Part shown: positions 1 to 10,413 of the stretch, one piece after another
Position numbering within the stretch: position 1 is the stretch's first letter
Layout: the number at the start of each line of letters is the position of its first letter
Sequence record: MZ234040.1
DNA from: Escherichia phage vB_EcoM-G3G7
Strand: one strand, 5' to 3'
Length of the DNA stretch: 64,000 nucleotides
Notes under the pieces: model-generated
The model's database searches: none
Told to the model about the DNA's origin: nothing
What the model saw: only the letters and a program-made list of their open reading frames with translations
Position numbers and translations under genes: made by a program

Positions 1-126
1 ATGGACTTTGCTGTTCTTGATCAAGAAAGAAAAGCTGAGTTAGCTCCTCATGTAGAAAAATGTATTACAATGCAACTGCAAGATGCATTCAATAAAAGGT
101 CAAAGAAAAAGTTTAAATTCTTTTAA
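1..126 (+). CDS. Short ORF or C-terminal end of the gene upstream of helicase 41 (position of T4 gene 40); runs from window edge
   Basis: In-frame ORF from position 1 to TAA at 124-126; lysine-rich C-terminus; possibly incomplete at window start. Confidence 0.3.
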   Translation: MDFAVLDQERKAELAPHVEKCITMQLQDAFNKRSKKKFKFF

Positions 127-135
127 GGAGTAAGT

Positions 136-1563
136 GTGGTAGAAATTATTCTTTCCCATCTCATATTTGATCAAGCTTATTTTTCAAAAGTTTGGCCATA
201 TATGGATTCAGAATATTTTGAAAGTGGTCCAGCTAAAAATACATTCAAATTAATTAAATCTCATGTTAATGAGTACCATAGCGTTCCATCTATTAATGCG
301 TTAAATGTTGCATTAGAAAATAGTTCATTTACTGAAACAGAATATTCTGGTGTAAAAACACTTATTTCGAAACTAGCCGATTCTCCAGAAGACCATAGCT
401 GGTTAGTAAAAGAAACAGAAAAATATGTTCAGCAAAGGGCGATGTTTAATGCTACGTCTAAAATAATTGAAATTCAAACTAATGCTGAGCTTCCTCCGGA
501 AAAACGAAATAAGAAAATGCCAGATGTAGGTGCTATTCCTGACATCATGCGCCAAGCATTATCAATTTCATTTGATAGTTACGTTGGTCATGATTGGATG
601 GATGACTACGAAGCACGTTGGCTATCTTATATGAATAAAGCTCGTAAGGTTCCATTTAGACTCAAAATTCTAAATAAAATTACTAAAGGTGGAGCTGAAA
701 CTGGAACACTGAACGTTTTAATGGCTGGTGTTAACGTCGGTAAGTCATTAGGTCTGTGTTCATTGGCAGCAGATTATTTGCAGCTCGGACATAATGTTCT
801 TTACATTTCCATGGAAATGGCAGAAGAAGTCTGTGCTAAGCGTATTGATGCTAATATGCTTGATGTTTCTCTTGATGACATTGATGACGGGCATATTTCT
901 TACGCTGAGTATAAAGGAAAAATGGAAAAATGGCGCGAGAAATCTACTCTCGGTCGTTTAATAGTTAAACAGTATCCTACTGGTGGAGCAGATGCTAATA
1001 CATTTCGTTCGCTTTTAAACGAATTAAAGCTCAAGAAGAATTTTGTTCCAACAATCATTATTGTCGACTATCTGGGTATTTGTAAATCTTGCCGCATTAG
1101 AGTTTACTCAGAAAATAGTTACACAACTGTTAAAGCCATTGCAGAGGAATTACGTGCTCTTGCTGTTGAAACCGAAACTGTTCTTTGGACTGCAGCACAG
1201 GTTGGTAAACAAGCTTGGGATTCTTCTGATGTTAACATGAGCGATATTGCAGAATCTGCCGGTCTTCCAGCAACAGCTGATTTTATGCTTGCGGTCATTG
1301 AAACCGAGGAGCTAGCAGCTGCTGAACAACAACTCATTAAGCAAATCAAATCACGATACGGTGATAAGAATAAATGGAATAAGTTTTTGATGGGTGTTCA
1401 AAAAGGAAATCAGAAATGGGTAGAAATTGAACAAGATTCTACTCCAACTGAAGTGAACGAAGTAGCAGGTTCACAGCAAATTCAGGCTGAACAGAATCGC
1501 TATCAAAGAAACGAATCCGCTCGAGCTCAGTTAGATGCTTTGGCAAATGAATTAAAATTTTAG
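136..1563 (+). CDS. 41: Replicative DNA helicase gp41 (DnaB-like)
   Basis: 475 aa, same length as T4 gp41; P-loop-like GVNVGKS; GTG start 5 nt after AAGGAG. Confidence 0.9.
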   Translation: MVEIILSHLIFDQAYFSKVWPYMDSEYFESGPAKNTFKLIKSHVNEYHSVPSINALNVALENSSFTETEYSGVKTLISKLADSPEDHSWLVKETEKYVQQRAMFNATSKIIEIQTNAELPPEKRNKKMPDVGAIPDIMRQALSISFDSYVGHDWMDDYEARWLSYMNKARKVPFRLKILNKITKGGAETGTLNVLMAGVNVGKSLGLCSLAADYLQLGHNVLYISMEMAEEVCAKRIDANMLDVSLDDIDDGHISYAEYKGKMEKWREKSTLGRLIVKQYPTGGADANTFRSLLNELKLKKNFVPTIIIVDYLGICKSCRIRVYSENSYTTVKAIAEELRALAVETETVLWTAAQVGKQAWDSSDVNMSDIAESAGLPATADFMLAVIETEELAAAEQQLIKQIKSRYGDKNKWNKFLMGVQKGNQKWVEIEQDSTPTEVNEVAGSQQIQAEQNRYQRNESARAQLDALANELKF

Positions 1564-1592
1564 TTTACAAGCTGACAAGACTATGGTATAGT
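1563..1592 (+). promoter_or_regulatory. T4-type early promoter (GTTTAC -35, TATAGT -10) overlapping a 9-bp-stem palindrome
   Basis: GTTTAC 1563-1568, 18-nt spacer, TATAGT 1587-1592; palindrome acaagacta/tagtcttgt 1575-1600. Confidence 0.5.
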
Positions 1593-1621
1593 AGTCTTGT
1601 TGGTTAAATGAGGAGATTGTT

Positions 1622-1804
1622 ATGGAATTGGTAAAGGTAGTTTTTATGGGGTGGTTTAAGAACGAAAGCATGTTTACTAAAGAGATCACAATGATGAAAG
1701 ATGACGTTCAATGGGCTACTACTCAATATGCTGAAGTTAATAAAGCACTAGTTAAAGCTTTCATTGATGACAAGAAGGTATGTGAAGTGGATTGCCGAGG
1801 ATAA
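1622..1804 (+). CDS. dmd: Dmd-like small protein (T4 Dmd is the antitoxin against RnlA/LsoA)
   Basis: 60 aa, GAGGAG RBS, sits immediately downstream of gene 41 as in T4. Confidence 0.6.
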   Translation: MELVKVVFMGWFKNESMFTKEITMMKDDVQWATTQYAEVNKALVKAFIDDKKVCEVDCRG

Positions 1805-1805
1805 T

Positions 1806-2063
1806 ATGCATATCGTTTTATTTAAACCTACTCCGTATAATGTCAGGAAAAATACTCAATTCAAAGCACTTATTGCAGATACGTGGGAATTAGTATTAGA
1901 TATTCCGGCAGAAGAAAGCCCTCCATTTGGTCGAGTGGAATTTATTAAGTTTGCTGTGCGCCCTACAAAGCGACAGATTCGTCAATGCAAAAGATACTTT
2001 CGTAAAATCGCCAAGTTAGAGAAACAGTTTGTAACATGTGATTATGCAGAAGTTTTAAAATAA
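1806..2063 (+). CDS. Hypothetical protein (61.4-like position)
   Basis: ATG at 1806 after GAGGA; the ORF-track start at 1764 overlaps dmd. Confidence 0.45.
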   Translation: MHIVLFKPTPYNVRKNTQFKALIADTWELVLDIPAEESPPFGRVEFIKFAVRPTKRQIRQCKRYFRKIAKLEKQFVTCDYAEVLK

Positions 2064-2065
2064 CT

Positions 2066-2095
2066 GTTTACTTTTATTGGAAATTGAGATACTAT
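2066..2095 (+). promoter_or_regulatory. T4-type early promoter
   Basis: GTTTAC 2066-2071, 18-nt spacer, TACTAT 2090-2095. Confidence 0.55.
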
Positions 2096-2123
2096 ATAAA
2101 CATAAACTACTGAGGAGATTATC

Positions 2124-2417
2124 ATGAAAAAATTTATCTTTGCTGCAATTTTTGCTTTATCTTCTTGCGCTGCTCAGCCTGCTATGGCGGGTTATGACAA
2201 AGATTTGTGCGAATGGTCTATGACTGCAGATCAGACTGAAGTTGAAATTCAAATTGAAGCGGATATTATGAATATCGTTGAACGTGATCGTCCTGAAATG
2301 AAAGCTGAAGTGCAAAAACAACTTAAATCTGGTGGTGTAATGCAGTATAATTATGTTCTGTATTGCGATAAAAACTTTAATAATAAAAATATCATCGCTG
2401 AAGTGGTAGGTGAGTAA
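2124..2417 (+). CDS. sp: Spackle (Sp) periplasmic protein
   Basis: 97 aa; N-terminal signal peptide MKKFIFAAIFALSSCAAQPAMA; size and position match T4 sp. Confidence 0.65.
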   Translation: MKKFIFAAIFALSSCAAQPAMAGYDKDLCEWSMTADQTEVEIQIEADIMNIVERDRPEMKAEVQKQLKSGGVMQYNYVLYCDKNFNNKNIIAEVVGE

Positions 2418-2429
2418 TTAGAGGTTAGT

Positions 2430-2786
2430 ATGTATAGTTCTGAATTTTCATATTTAAAAATGGAAAAAATTTCATACGATTTTATAGATGAAAAGGTTTA
2501 TTACAGTTTCCATGAACCACGTTTTAATAGTGAGGTTGGGTTTATTGTAGTAAAAGACAATTTTATTTTAAAAATATATTCAGCATTAAAGGATTTTCAT
2601 TACGAAAATATTAACCTAAAATTTAATAAAGAAAACGTTCGTAATTGTGCAGTAACAATTACAGGAAATAAAGGCACATGTGTTATGCTATCTGATGAAA
2701 TTAATGATTTGCTAAATGATGCCGAAAAGGTTGCTATTCCATCTATTGATGACCAAATTTTTAATGCTTTTATGAATAGAGGTTAA
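2430..2786 (+). CDS. Hypothetical protein at the 61.2 position (in T4 this locus is, from memory, the anti-DarT factor adfA; unverified)
   Basis: 118-aa ORF with AGAGG RBS; assignment by synteny only. Confidence 0.45.
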   Translation: MYSSEFSYLKMEKISYDFIDEKVYYSFHEPRFNSEVGFIVVKDNFILKIYSALKDFHYENINLKFNKENVRNCAVTITGNKGTCVMLSDEINDLLNDAEKVAIPSIDDQIFNAFMNRG

Positions 2787-2787
2787 T

Positions 2788-2952
2788 ATGAAAACATATA
2801 AAGAATTTATTAAAGAAGATATGGTAGCTGGAGATTCAGGTGGTAATCCTGAAAATATCTCCACTGGAACAACGTCAGGTGCTGTAGTAAATAAAGGTCC
2901 TGAACAGATTCCTAAAAAGAAAAAAGAGGAATCTAAAGAAAAAGAAGAGTAA
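2788..2952 (+). CDS. Small hypothetical protein, 54 aa, Lys/Glu-rich C-terminus (61.1-like position)
   Basis: ATG 2788 after GAGG; ends PKKKKEESKEKEE; below the ORF-track size cut-off. Confidence 0.35.
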   Translation: MKTYKEFIKEDMVAGDSGGNPENISTGTTSGAVVNKGPEQIPKKKKEESKEKEE

Positions 2953-2954
2953 AA

Positions 2955-3983
2955 ATGTCATCAATACCTTGGATTGATAATGAGTTTGCGTATCGTGCAT
3001 TAGCTCATTTACCTAAATTCACACAAGTAAATAATAGTTCAACTTTTAAATTGCGGTTTAGATGCCCTGTTTGTGGAGATTCAAAAACCGACCAGAATAA
3101 AGCTCGTGGATGGTATTATGGTGATAATAATGAAGGAAATATTCATTGTTATAACTGTAACTATCATGCACCAATCGGAATATATCTAAAGGAGTTTGAA
3201 CCTGATTTATATCGTGAGTATATCTTTGAAATAAGAAAAGAAAAAGGTAAAAGTCGTCCAGTAGAAAAACCTAAAGAACTTCCTAAACAACCTGAGAAGA
3301 AAATAATTAAATCTCTTCCGTCATGCGTTAGATTAGATAAACTGGCGGAAGACCATCCAATTATAAAATACGTAAAAGCTCGTTGTATTCCAAAGGATAA
3401 ATGGAAATATCTTTGGTTTACAACTGAATGGCCTAAATTAGTTAATAGCATAGCACCGGGAACATACAAAAAGGAAATTTCTGAGCCTCGTCTTGTTATT
3501 CCAATTTATAATGCTAATGGAAAAGCTGAGTCTTTTCAAGGACGTGCATTAAAGAAAGATGCTCCTCAAAAATATATCACCATTAAAGCTTATCCTGAGG
3601 CAACAAAAATATATGGAGTCGAACGAGTTAAAGATGGCGATGTATATGTTCTAGAAGGACCTATAGATTCACTTTTTATTGAAAATGGTATAGCTATTAC
3701 GGGTGGTCAATTAGACCTAGAAGTTGTTCCATTTAAAGATAGACGAGTGTGGGTTTTAGATAATGAACCTCGTCACCCTGACACTATCAAGCGAATGACT
3801 AAATTAGTTGATGCAGGAGAAAGGGTTATGTTTTGGGATAAATCTCCCTGGAAATCAAAAGATGTTAATGATATGATTAGAAAGGAAGGTGCAACCCCTG
3901 AACAAATTATGGAATATATGAAAAATAATATTGCCCAGGGGTTGATGGCTAAAATGCGGTTATCTAAATATGCCAAGATTTAA
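2955..3983 (+). CDS. 61: DNA primase gp61
   Basis: 342 aa as in T4 gp61; N-terminal zinc-ribbon CPVCGDS...CYNC. Confidence 0.9.
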   Translation: MSSIPWIDNEFAYRALAHLPKFTQVNNSSTFKLRFRCPVCGDSKTDQNKARGWYYGDNNEGNIHCYNCNYHAPIGIYLKEFEPDLYREYIFEIRKEKGKSRPVEKPKELPKQPEKKIIKSLPSCVRLDKLAEDHPIIKYVKARCIPKDKWKYLWFTTEWPKLVNSIAPGTYKKEISEPRLVIPIYNANGKAESFQGRALKKDAPQKYITIKAYPEATKIYGVERVKDGDVYVLEGPIDSLFIENGIAITGGQLDLEVVPFKDRRVWVLDNEPRHPDTIKRMTKLVDAGERVMFWDKSPWKSKDVNDMIRKEGATPEQIMEYMKNNIAQGLMAKMRLSKYAKI

Positions 3984-4180
3984 ATTAACCCAACTAAAGC
4001 AAATGCTAGATCTACGAATGTATCAAGAGTAACTACTGGAATATTAATACCATGTGCAATTGCAATGGGTGATAAAATAAAGTTCCAGAGTAAAATTCCT
4101 ACCATAGCAGAAATAGTAAAAGCTATACGTTTTTTATTACCTTTTATGGCATCAACAAGTGCCATTAATTTTTGTGCCAT
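3980..4180 (-). CDS. Small hydrophobic (membrane) protein, convergent with gene 61
   Basis: 66 aa with two hydrophobic segments; strong SD AAGGAGG 5 nt upstream of ATG on the minus strand. Confidence 0.4.
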   Translation of the reverse strand: MAQKLMALVDAIKGNKKRIAFTISAMVGILLWNFILSPIAIAHGINIPVVTLDTFVDLAFALVGLI

Positions 4181-4224
4181 GTGTCCTCCTTTAAATTAAT
4201 ATTTATCACAAATTTCATAAATTT

Positions 4225-4254
4225 GTTTACTTTCTCAGCTTGTTATGGTATTAT
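4225..4254 (+). promoter_or_regulatory. T4-type early promoter
   Basis: GTTTAC 4225-4230, 18-nt spacer, TATTAT 4249-4254. Confidence 0.55.
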
Positions 4255-4279
4255 AAAATAAATTGCTGAGGATGATATA

Positions 4280-5619
<1,340 letters not shown>

Positions 5620-5679
5620 TTGCTTACATACTCAAATGATATAATTATTTAACTTATTAATGAATTGAAAGGAAAAATA

Positions 5680-6198
5680 ATGGCTTACTTTAACGAATGT
5701 AGTCAACTGATCGAAGGCGCTGATAAAGCTCAAAATGAATATTGGGATATTCTCGGTGATGAAAAAGACCCGCTGCAGGTTATGCTTGATATGCAGAAAT
5801 CTCTACAGGTTCGTTTAGCTAAAGATAAACCTGAATATAACCGTCATCCTGATGATTTGGCTACTGCGGGTGAAGTTGTTGATTGGCTGCGTAATCAGAA
5901 AGATTATATTGATGATGAATTCCGCGAACTATTGACTTCTCTTGGTGGTATGAGCAATGGTGAAAAAGATGCATCTGCTGTATGGAAGCCTTGGAAAGCT
6001 CAACATGGTGAACGACGTGAAACTCTGATTACTGATTTGTCTCCACAAGACCAGTTGGAAATTAAATTCGAAATGATTGATATTCTTCATTTCGTTCTGA
6101 ACATGTTCCAAGGTCTCGGTCTTACGGCTGAAGAAATCTTTAAACTTTATTATCTGAAAAATGCTGAAAATTTCGCTCGTCAAGACCGAGGTTATTAA
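5680..6198 (+). CDS. 56: dCTP pyrophosphatase gp56 (MazG-like)
   Basis: ATG 5680 after AGGAAA; about 172 aa; the ORF-track start at 5665 is a TTG. Confidence 0.8.
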   Translation: MAYFNECSQLIEGADKAQNEYWDILGDEKDPLQVMLDMQKSLQVRLAKDKPEYNRHPDDLATAGEVVDWLRNQKDYIDDEFRELLTSLGGMSNGEKDASAVWKPWKAQHGERRETLITDLSPQDQLEIKFEMIDILHFVLNMFQGLGLTAEEIFKLYYLKNAENFARQDRGY

Positions 6199-6398
6199 TG
6201 GCTCGTTTAAATAAACGTCAACTTAAGAAAGCCCACAAGAAACGTATTGACCAGCTATTTAAAAATTATGACAAGGAGCTCACATACGAGCTCCTATCTA
6301 ATCAGCTCCACAAAGCTTACACAATTAAAACTGGACATATACAATTAGGTAAGGTGCATGAAGAAGCCTTAAAATTAATTATAGAGCATTCAAAATGA
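6198..6398 (+). CDS. Hypothetical basic protein, 66 aa
   Basis: ORF overlapping the gene 56 stop (ATTAATG). Confidence 0.4.
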   Translation: MARLNKRQLKKAHKKRIDQLFKNYDKELTYELLSNQLHKAYTIKTGHIQLGKVHEEALKLIIEHSK

Positions 6399-6582
6399 AA
6401 TTTGATTTTTATGCATGGCAAAAAGCCGGGAGACCGGCTAGTTGAGCATTTGGTTCTGATGGATATAATATTAGAGCTCATTGGAAGTTTAATGCTCCAG
6501 CCGATTATTCTCCGGTAATTATTAACGGTGATGTTGTTATATTAACTAAAATTGGGTATTTTAACGTTCCGCAAGAATTTAT

Positions 6583-6590
6583 TATAAATA
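6583..6590 (+). promoter_or_regulatory. Late promoter TATAAATA upstream of soc
   Basis: Exact TATAAATA about 30 nt upstream of the soc ATG. Confidence 0.5.
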
Positions 6591-6619
6591 GTCATGTAAT
6601 TTAAATAAAGGAGAATTAC

Positions 6620-6865
6620 ATGGCTAGTACTCGCGGTTATGTTAATATTAAAACATTTGAGCAAAAATTAGATGGAAATAAGAAAATTGAAGGAAAGGAA
6701 ATTTCTGTAGCTTTCCCTCTTTATTCTGACGTTCACAAAATTTCTGGCGCTCATTATCAGATATTCCCTTCAGAAAAAGCAGCATATTCTACAGTATATG
6801 AAGAAAATCAACGTACTGAATGGATTACTGCAAACGAAGATTTGTGGAAAGTAACTGGTGAATAA
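6620..6865 (+). CDS. soc: Small outer capsid protein Soc
   Basis: 81 aa; AAGGAG RBS; size and position match T4 Soc. Confidence 0.85.
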   Translation: MASTRGYVNIKTFEQKLDGNKKIEGKEISVAFPLYSDVHKISGAHYQIFPSEKAAYSTVYEENQRTEWITANEDLWKVTGE

Positions 6866-6870
6866 ATTCA

Positions 6871-6896
6871 AGGACTCCTTCGGGAGTCCTTTTTTC
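6871..6896 (+). terminator. Intrinsic terminator (hairpin plus T-run)
   Basis: aggactcc-ttcg-ggagtcct followed by TTTTT; identical to the hairpin at 61638-61663. Confidence 0.7.
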
Positions 6897-6961
6897 ATTT
6901 TACCGGTTTACTTTCCAAAATGAGTATGGTATAATAAAATTATCTTATAGAGGAGAGCACT

Positions 6962-7174
6962 ATGTTAAATCGCTGGATTAAACCAAATGAAGACCTCCAG
7001 AAGGTTCTTGATAAAGCTATCTCTGATAAATGGGGTATGAAAAGCTGGGATTGTGATATCGTCACGCATTCATTCATGATGCATGCAGATGGTTCAGTCG
7101 AGTTCAATGCTGAAATGCGATACACTGATTGGGGTGGATTTCAAAGAGTCGAATTTCAAAGAGGCTTTTTGTAA
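6962..7174 (+). CDS. Hypothetical protein, 70 aa
   Basis: ORF with AGGAGAG upstream. Confidence 0.4.
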   Translation: MLNRWIKPNEDLQKVLDKAISDKWGMKSWDCDIVTHSFMMHADGSVEFNAEMRYTDWGGFQRVEFQRGFL

Positions 7175-7512
7175 TGTTTATCTTTAATTGGTTTAAAAGT
7201 TTCTTTACGGATTTTTTCTCTACAACTCCCGGAGAAGGTGTAGTTCCTATTTCAAATGACTACCTTCCTTTAACTGTAGTTGAATATGTTTATATGGGAG
7301 ATGGAACAGTAGAAGCAGTTACTATGACTTATGAAGAAGCCCAGGAATATTATAAAAATCCTTGGCGTTGGTCAACACCTACATCATCTAATACGCAGAA
7401 TACACAGTCTAGTTCTGATTCATATGATACTAATGTTCCTGTTCATGTGTGGACGGGCGATTCATGTGGAAGTTCTTGTGATTCTAGTTGTTCATCTACA
7501 TCTTGTGATTGA
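7174..7512 (+). CDS. Hypothetical protein with Ser/Cys-rich C-terminal tail
   Basis: ATG 7174 overlaps the preceding stop (TAATG); tail [15 protein letters not shown]. Confidence 0.45.
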   Translation: MFIFNWFKSFFTDFFSTTPGEGVVPISNDYLPLTVVEYVYMGDGTVEAVTMTYEEAQEYYKNPWRWSTPTSSNTQNTQSSSDSYDTNVPVHVWTGDSCGSSCDSSCSSTSCD

Positions 7513-8006
7513 GGAAAATTATGGAAGCGATTTTGTTTGAAATGTATATTAGCAGTAATAGTTTGTCATTTGCTAAAGATGTTCCAATTACTGTAGCAGT
7601 AATGATTGATAAGGGTTATTGTGACCCAATGTATCTCGTAGAAAATTTCGTTTCAATGCCAGTTCCAGAAGATGCTGAAATAAAACTTAAAAAGATTGGT
7701 ATTATTGAAACTGTACCAAATATTCCGTTTAGAGCAATTGAAGCATTTACTAAATCAGAATACATTAATGTTAGCGCAGAACAATATAATGATAAACCTT
7801 TATCTTTTTATTCGTACGATTCAGTATATAGTTGGAAAATAGATAAAGGAAATAAATTTATAATTGCGAGTGAAGATGCTTTATCATACTTTATTTCTTC
7901 TGTATGGAATAGTTTACATCCAAATTTGCTCAAAATTCATGAATTTGATGATGCTCCTACTGTTGTTTTAGGTAAAACAAATGAAAGCTCTGAAGAAGAT
8001 GCTTGA
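7509..8006 (+). CDS. Hypothetical protein, 165 aa (mrh-region position)
   Basis: ORF overlapping neighbours by 4 nt, operon-like packing. Confidence 0.5.
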   Translation: MRKIMEAILFEMYISSNSLSFAKDVPITVAVMIDKGYCDPMYLVENFVSMPVPEDAEIKLKKIGIIETVPNIPFRAIEAFTKSEYINVSAEQYNDKPLSFYSYDSVYSWKIDKGNKFIIASEDALSYFISSVWNSLHPNLLKIHEFDDAPTVVLGKTNESSEEDA

Positions 8007-8184
8007 ATGGTTCAATAGACCAAACTCGATGTATATTGATGATGGTTGGGTTGAACAAGCAAATAAAGAAATGCAGAACGAATCAGAAGAATGGATGAAA
8101 TCAATGATTAGTGCTGAGAAAGAAAAGAAATTAGAACGCTCAGCGCTTAAATTGATGAGAGATATCTATGGGGATAAATCATGA
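7981..8184 (+). CDS. Hypothetical protein, 67 aa
   Basis: ORF only. Confidence 0.35.
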   Translation: MKALKKMLEWFNRPNSMYIDDGWVEQANKEMQNESEEWMKSMISAEKEKKLERSALKLMRDIYGDKS

Positions 8185-8345
8185 ACAGAGATATGACGCT
8201 AGAAGAGGCCAAGGCTAAAGCAAATGAAGCACTGGATTTGCTTCTTAAAATTGGCAGTAAAATGATGGAAGAAAATGAGAAATATATCCAGGAAAACAAA
8301 ATTCCTGACGGCCCATTAGTAGGCAAAAGGAAATCACATGATTGA
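8181..8345 (+). CDS. Small hypothetical protein, 54 aa
   Basis: ATG 8181 overlapping the previous stop; below ORF-track cut-off. Confidence 0.3.
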   Translation: MNRDMTLEEAKAKANEALDLLLKIGSKMMEENEKYIQENKIPDGPLVGKRKSHD

Positions 8346-8808
8346 AGTAGCAAAACATTATTCAATAGAATTTATGTCTAAAGAAGGTAAATCAGTAAAT
8401 GCACTTGATAAAAAATGCTCATTAATTATTCCTTTAGCAGAAAATCCGGATCTTTTAATTAAAGATATAAAAGAAAGAAAATATCCAGAAAATGTTATTC
8501 TAATTATAAAGCATACTGAAGATATTTTGCAGAATACAGATTCACCATTTTCTTCTTCCGAAGCTTTAACTATTAAAGGCTATAAAAGAGCTCATGAATA
8601 TGGTCTTTTTGACCTGTTTGAAGACGATAAAGTTAAATTAGCGAGTCAGCCTTCCAAAAGTAAAACATTCATTATTGAAGATATTAAAGATATAAATGCA
8701 TTTGTTAAGATGGTCTGGGCTCATTTTGATGTTGGACTACGCTGGAGAATGTCAGAAGAAGAAAGAAAGATTATTGAAACTAATCGTTATTTTGGTTTTT
8801 ATCGCTAG
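8338..8808 (+). CDS. Hypothetical protein, 156 aa
   Basis: ORF, overlapping start. Confidence 0.5.
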   Translation: MIEVAKHYSIEFMSKEGKSVNALDKKCSLIIPLAENPDLLIKDIKERKYPENVILIIKHTEDILQNTDSPFSSSEALTIKGYKRAHEYGLFDLFEDDKVKLASQPSKSKTFIIEDIKDINAFVKMVWAHFDVGLRWRMSEEERKIIETNRYFGFYR

Positions 8809-8816
8809 GAATTAGT

Positions 8817-8999
8817 ATGGATTTATTTGAGATGTTAGAAGATAATCATTCTACGAATATCCAGAATGATTCTAGTGATTATAAGAAAGAATACCGTATA
8901 GTATTACAGAATTATGGAATTGAAGCCCCAGATGCTCTTCTAGAAGAACTAGCTTCATACCATCTTGACCCTCCGCCTTGGGCTCCCTGGGCAAAATAA
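8817..8999 (+). CDS. Hypothetical protein, 60 aa
   Basis: ORF only. Confidence 0.35.
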   Translation: MDLFEMLEDNHSTNIQNDSSDYKKEYRIVLQNYGIEAPDALLEELASYHLDPPPWAPWAK

Positions 9000-9010
9000 T
9001 TCAAAAAGTT

Positions 9011-9040
9011 GTTTACTTTCCTTCCTAACGATGATATGAT
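9011..9040 (+). promoter_or_regulatory. T4-type early promoter
   Basis: GTTTAC 9011-9016, 18-nt spacer, TATGAT 9035-9040. Confidence 0.5.
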
Positions 9041-9066
9041 AGCTTCTGAAGTATACGGAGGCTATC

Positions 9067-9690
9067 ATGATTATTAATCTTGCAGATGTTGAACAGTTAT
9101 CTATAAAAGCTGAAAGCGTTGATTTTCAATATGATATGTATAAAAAGGTCTGTGAAAAATTTACTGATTTTGAGCAGTCTGTTCTTTGGCAATGTATGGA
9201 AGCCAAAAAGAATGAAGCTCTTCATCGGCAGTTGAATAAAATCATTAAAAAGCATTTAACTAAATCACCTTATCAGTTATATCGTGGTATATCAAAATCA
9301 ACAGAAGAACTTATTAAAGATTTACAAGTTGGAGAAGTGTTTTCAACGAACAGGGTAGATTCATTTACTACTAGTTTACTCACAGCATGTTCTTTTTCTT
9401 ATGCTGAATATTTTACTAAAATAATACTTCGCTTAAAAACTGATAAAGCTTTTAATTATTCTGACCATATCAGCGATATTATACTTTCTTCTCCTAATAC
9501 TGAGTTCAAGTACACGTATGAAGATACTGATGGGCTAGATTCAGAGCGTACTGATAACTTAATGATGATTGTGCGTGAACAAGAATGGATGATTCCAATT
9601 GGAAAGTATAGAATAACTTCTATTTCAAAAGAAAAATTACACGATTCATTTGGAACATTTAAAGTTTATGATATTGAGGTAGTTGAATGA
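9067..9690 (+). CDS. modB: ADP-ribosyltransferase ModB
   Basis: 207 aa as T4 ModB; paralogous to the next ORF; Arg (LYRG) and Ser-x-Ser-like positions. Confidence 0.65.
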   Translation: MIINLADVEQLSIKAESVDFQYDMYKKVCEKFTDFEQSVLWQCMEAKKNEALHRQLNKIIKKHLTKSPYQLYRGISKSTEELIKDLQVGEVFSTNRVDSFTTSLLTACSFSYAEYFTKIILRLKTDKAFNYSDHISDIILSSPNTEFKYTYEDTDGLDSERTDNLMMIVREQEWMIPIGKYRITSISKEKLHDSFGTFKVYDIEVVE

Positions 9691-10289
9691 AATACTCAGT
9701 AATGCAACTAAAAGATTTTAAAATAAAATCAATGGATGCATCGGTGCGTGCTTCTATTCGTGAAGAATTACTTTCTGAAGGGTTTAATTTATCTGAAATT
9801 GAACTTTTAATTCATTGTATTACTAATAAACCAGATGACCATACTTGGTTAAATGAAATAATCAAATCTCGTTTGGAACCAAACGATAAACCTCTTTGGA
9901 GAGGTGTTCCAGCTGAGACTAAGCAGGTGTTAAATCAAGGAATTGATATTATTACATTTGATAAAGTCGTATCAGCTTCATATGATAAAAATATAGCTCT
10001 ACATTTTGCTTCCGGTTTAGAGTATAACACACAAGTTATTTTTGAATTCAAAGCTCCTATGGTATTCAATTTCCAGGAGTATGCTATAAAAGCTCTACGC
10101 TGTAAAGAATACAATCCAAACTTTAAGTTTCCGGATAGTCATCGTTATCGTAATATGGAATTAGTTTCAGATGAACAAGAAGTAATGATACCAGCTGGAA
10201 GTGTATTTAGAATTGCAGATAGATATGAGTACAAAAAGTATTCAACATACACTATCTATACTCTTGATTTTGAAGGATTTAATCTATAA
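9687..10289 (+). CDS. modA: ADP-ribosyltransferase ModA
   Basis: 200 aa as T4 ModA; LWRG motif; 4-nt overlap with modB. Confidence 0.65.
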   Translation: MKYSVMQLKDFKIKSMDASVRASIREELLSEGFNLSEIELLIHCITNKPDDHTWLNEIIKSRLEPNDKPLWRGVPAETKQVLNQGIDIITFDKVVSASYDKNIALHFASGLEYNTQVIFEFKAPMVFNFQEYAIKALRCKEYNPNFKFPDSHRYRNMELVSDEQEVMIPAGSVFRIADRYEYKKYSTYTIYTLDFEGFNL

Positions 10290-10347
10290 TGGAAGGACTT
10301 AGATTCATTATACCATGAAAGTTTTAAAGCATTTTTTACATAAAGTT

Positions 10348-10377
10348 GTTTACAAGTTAAGGTAAAAATGTTATAGT
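10348..10377 (+). promoter_or_regulatory. T4-type early promoter
   Basis: GTTTAC 10348-10353, 18-nt spacer, TATAGT 10372-10377. Confidence 0.55.
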
Positions 10378-10413
10378 ATAAGTAGTTAACCGTCCGTAAG
10401 ATGTGAGAAAAAT

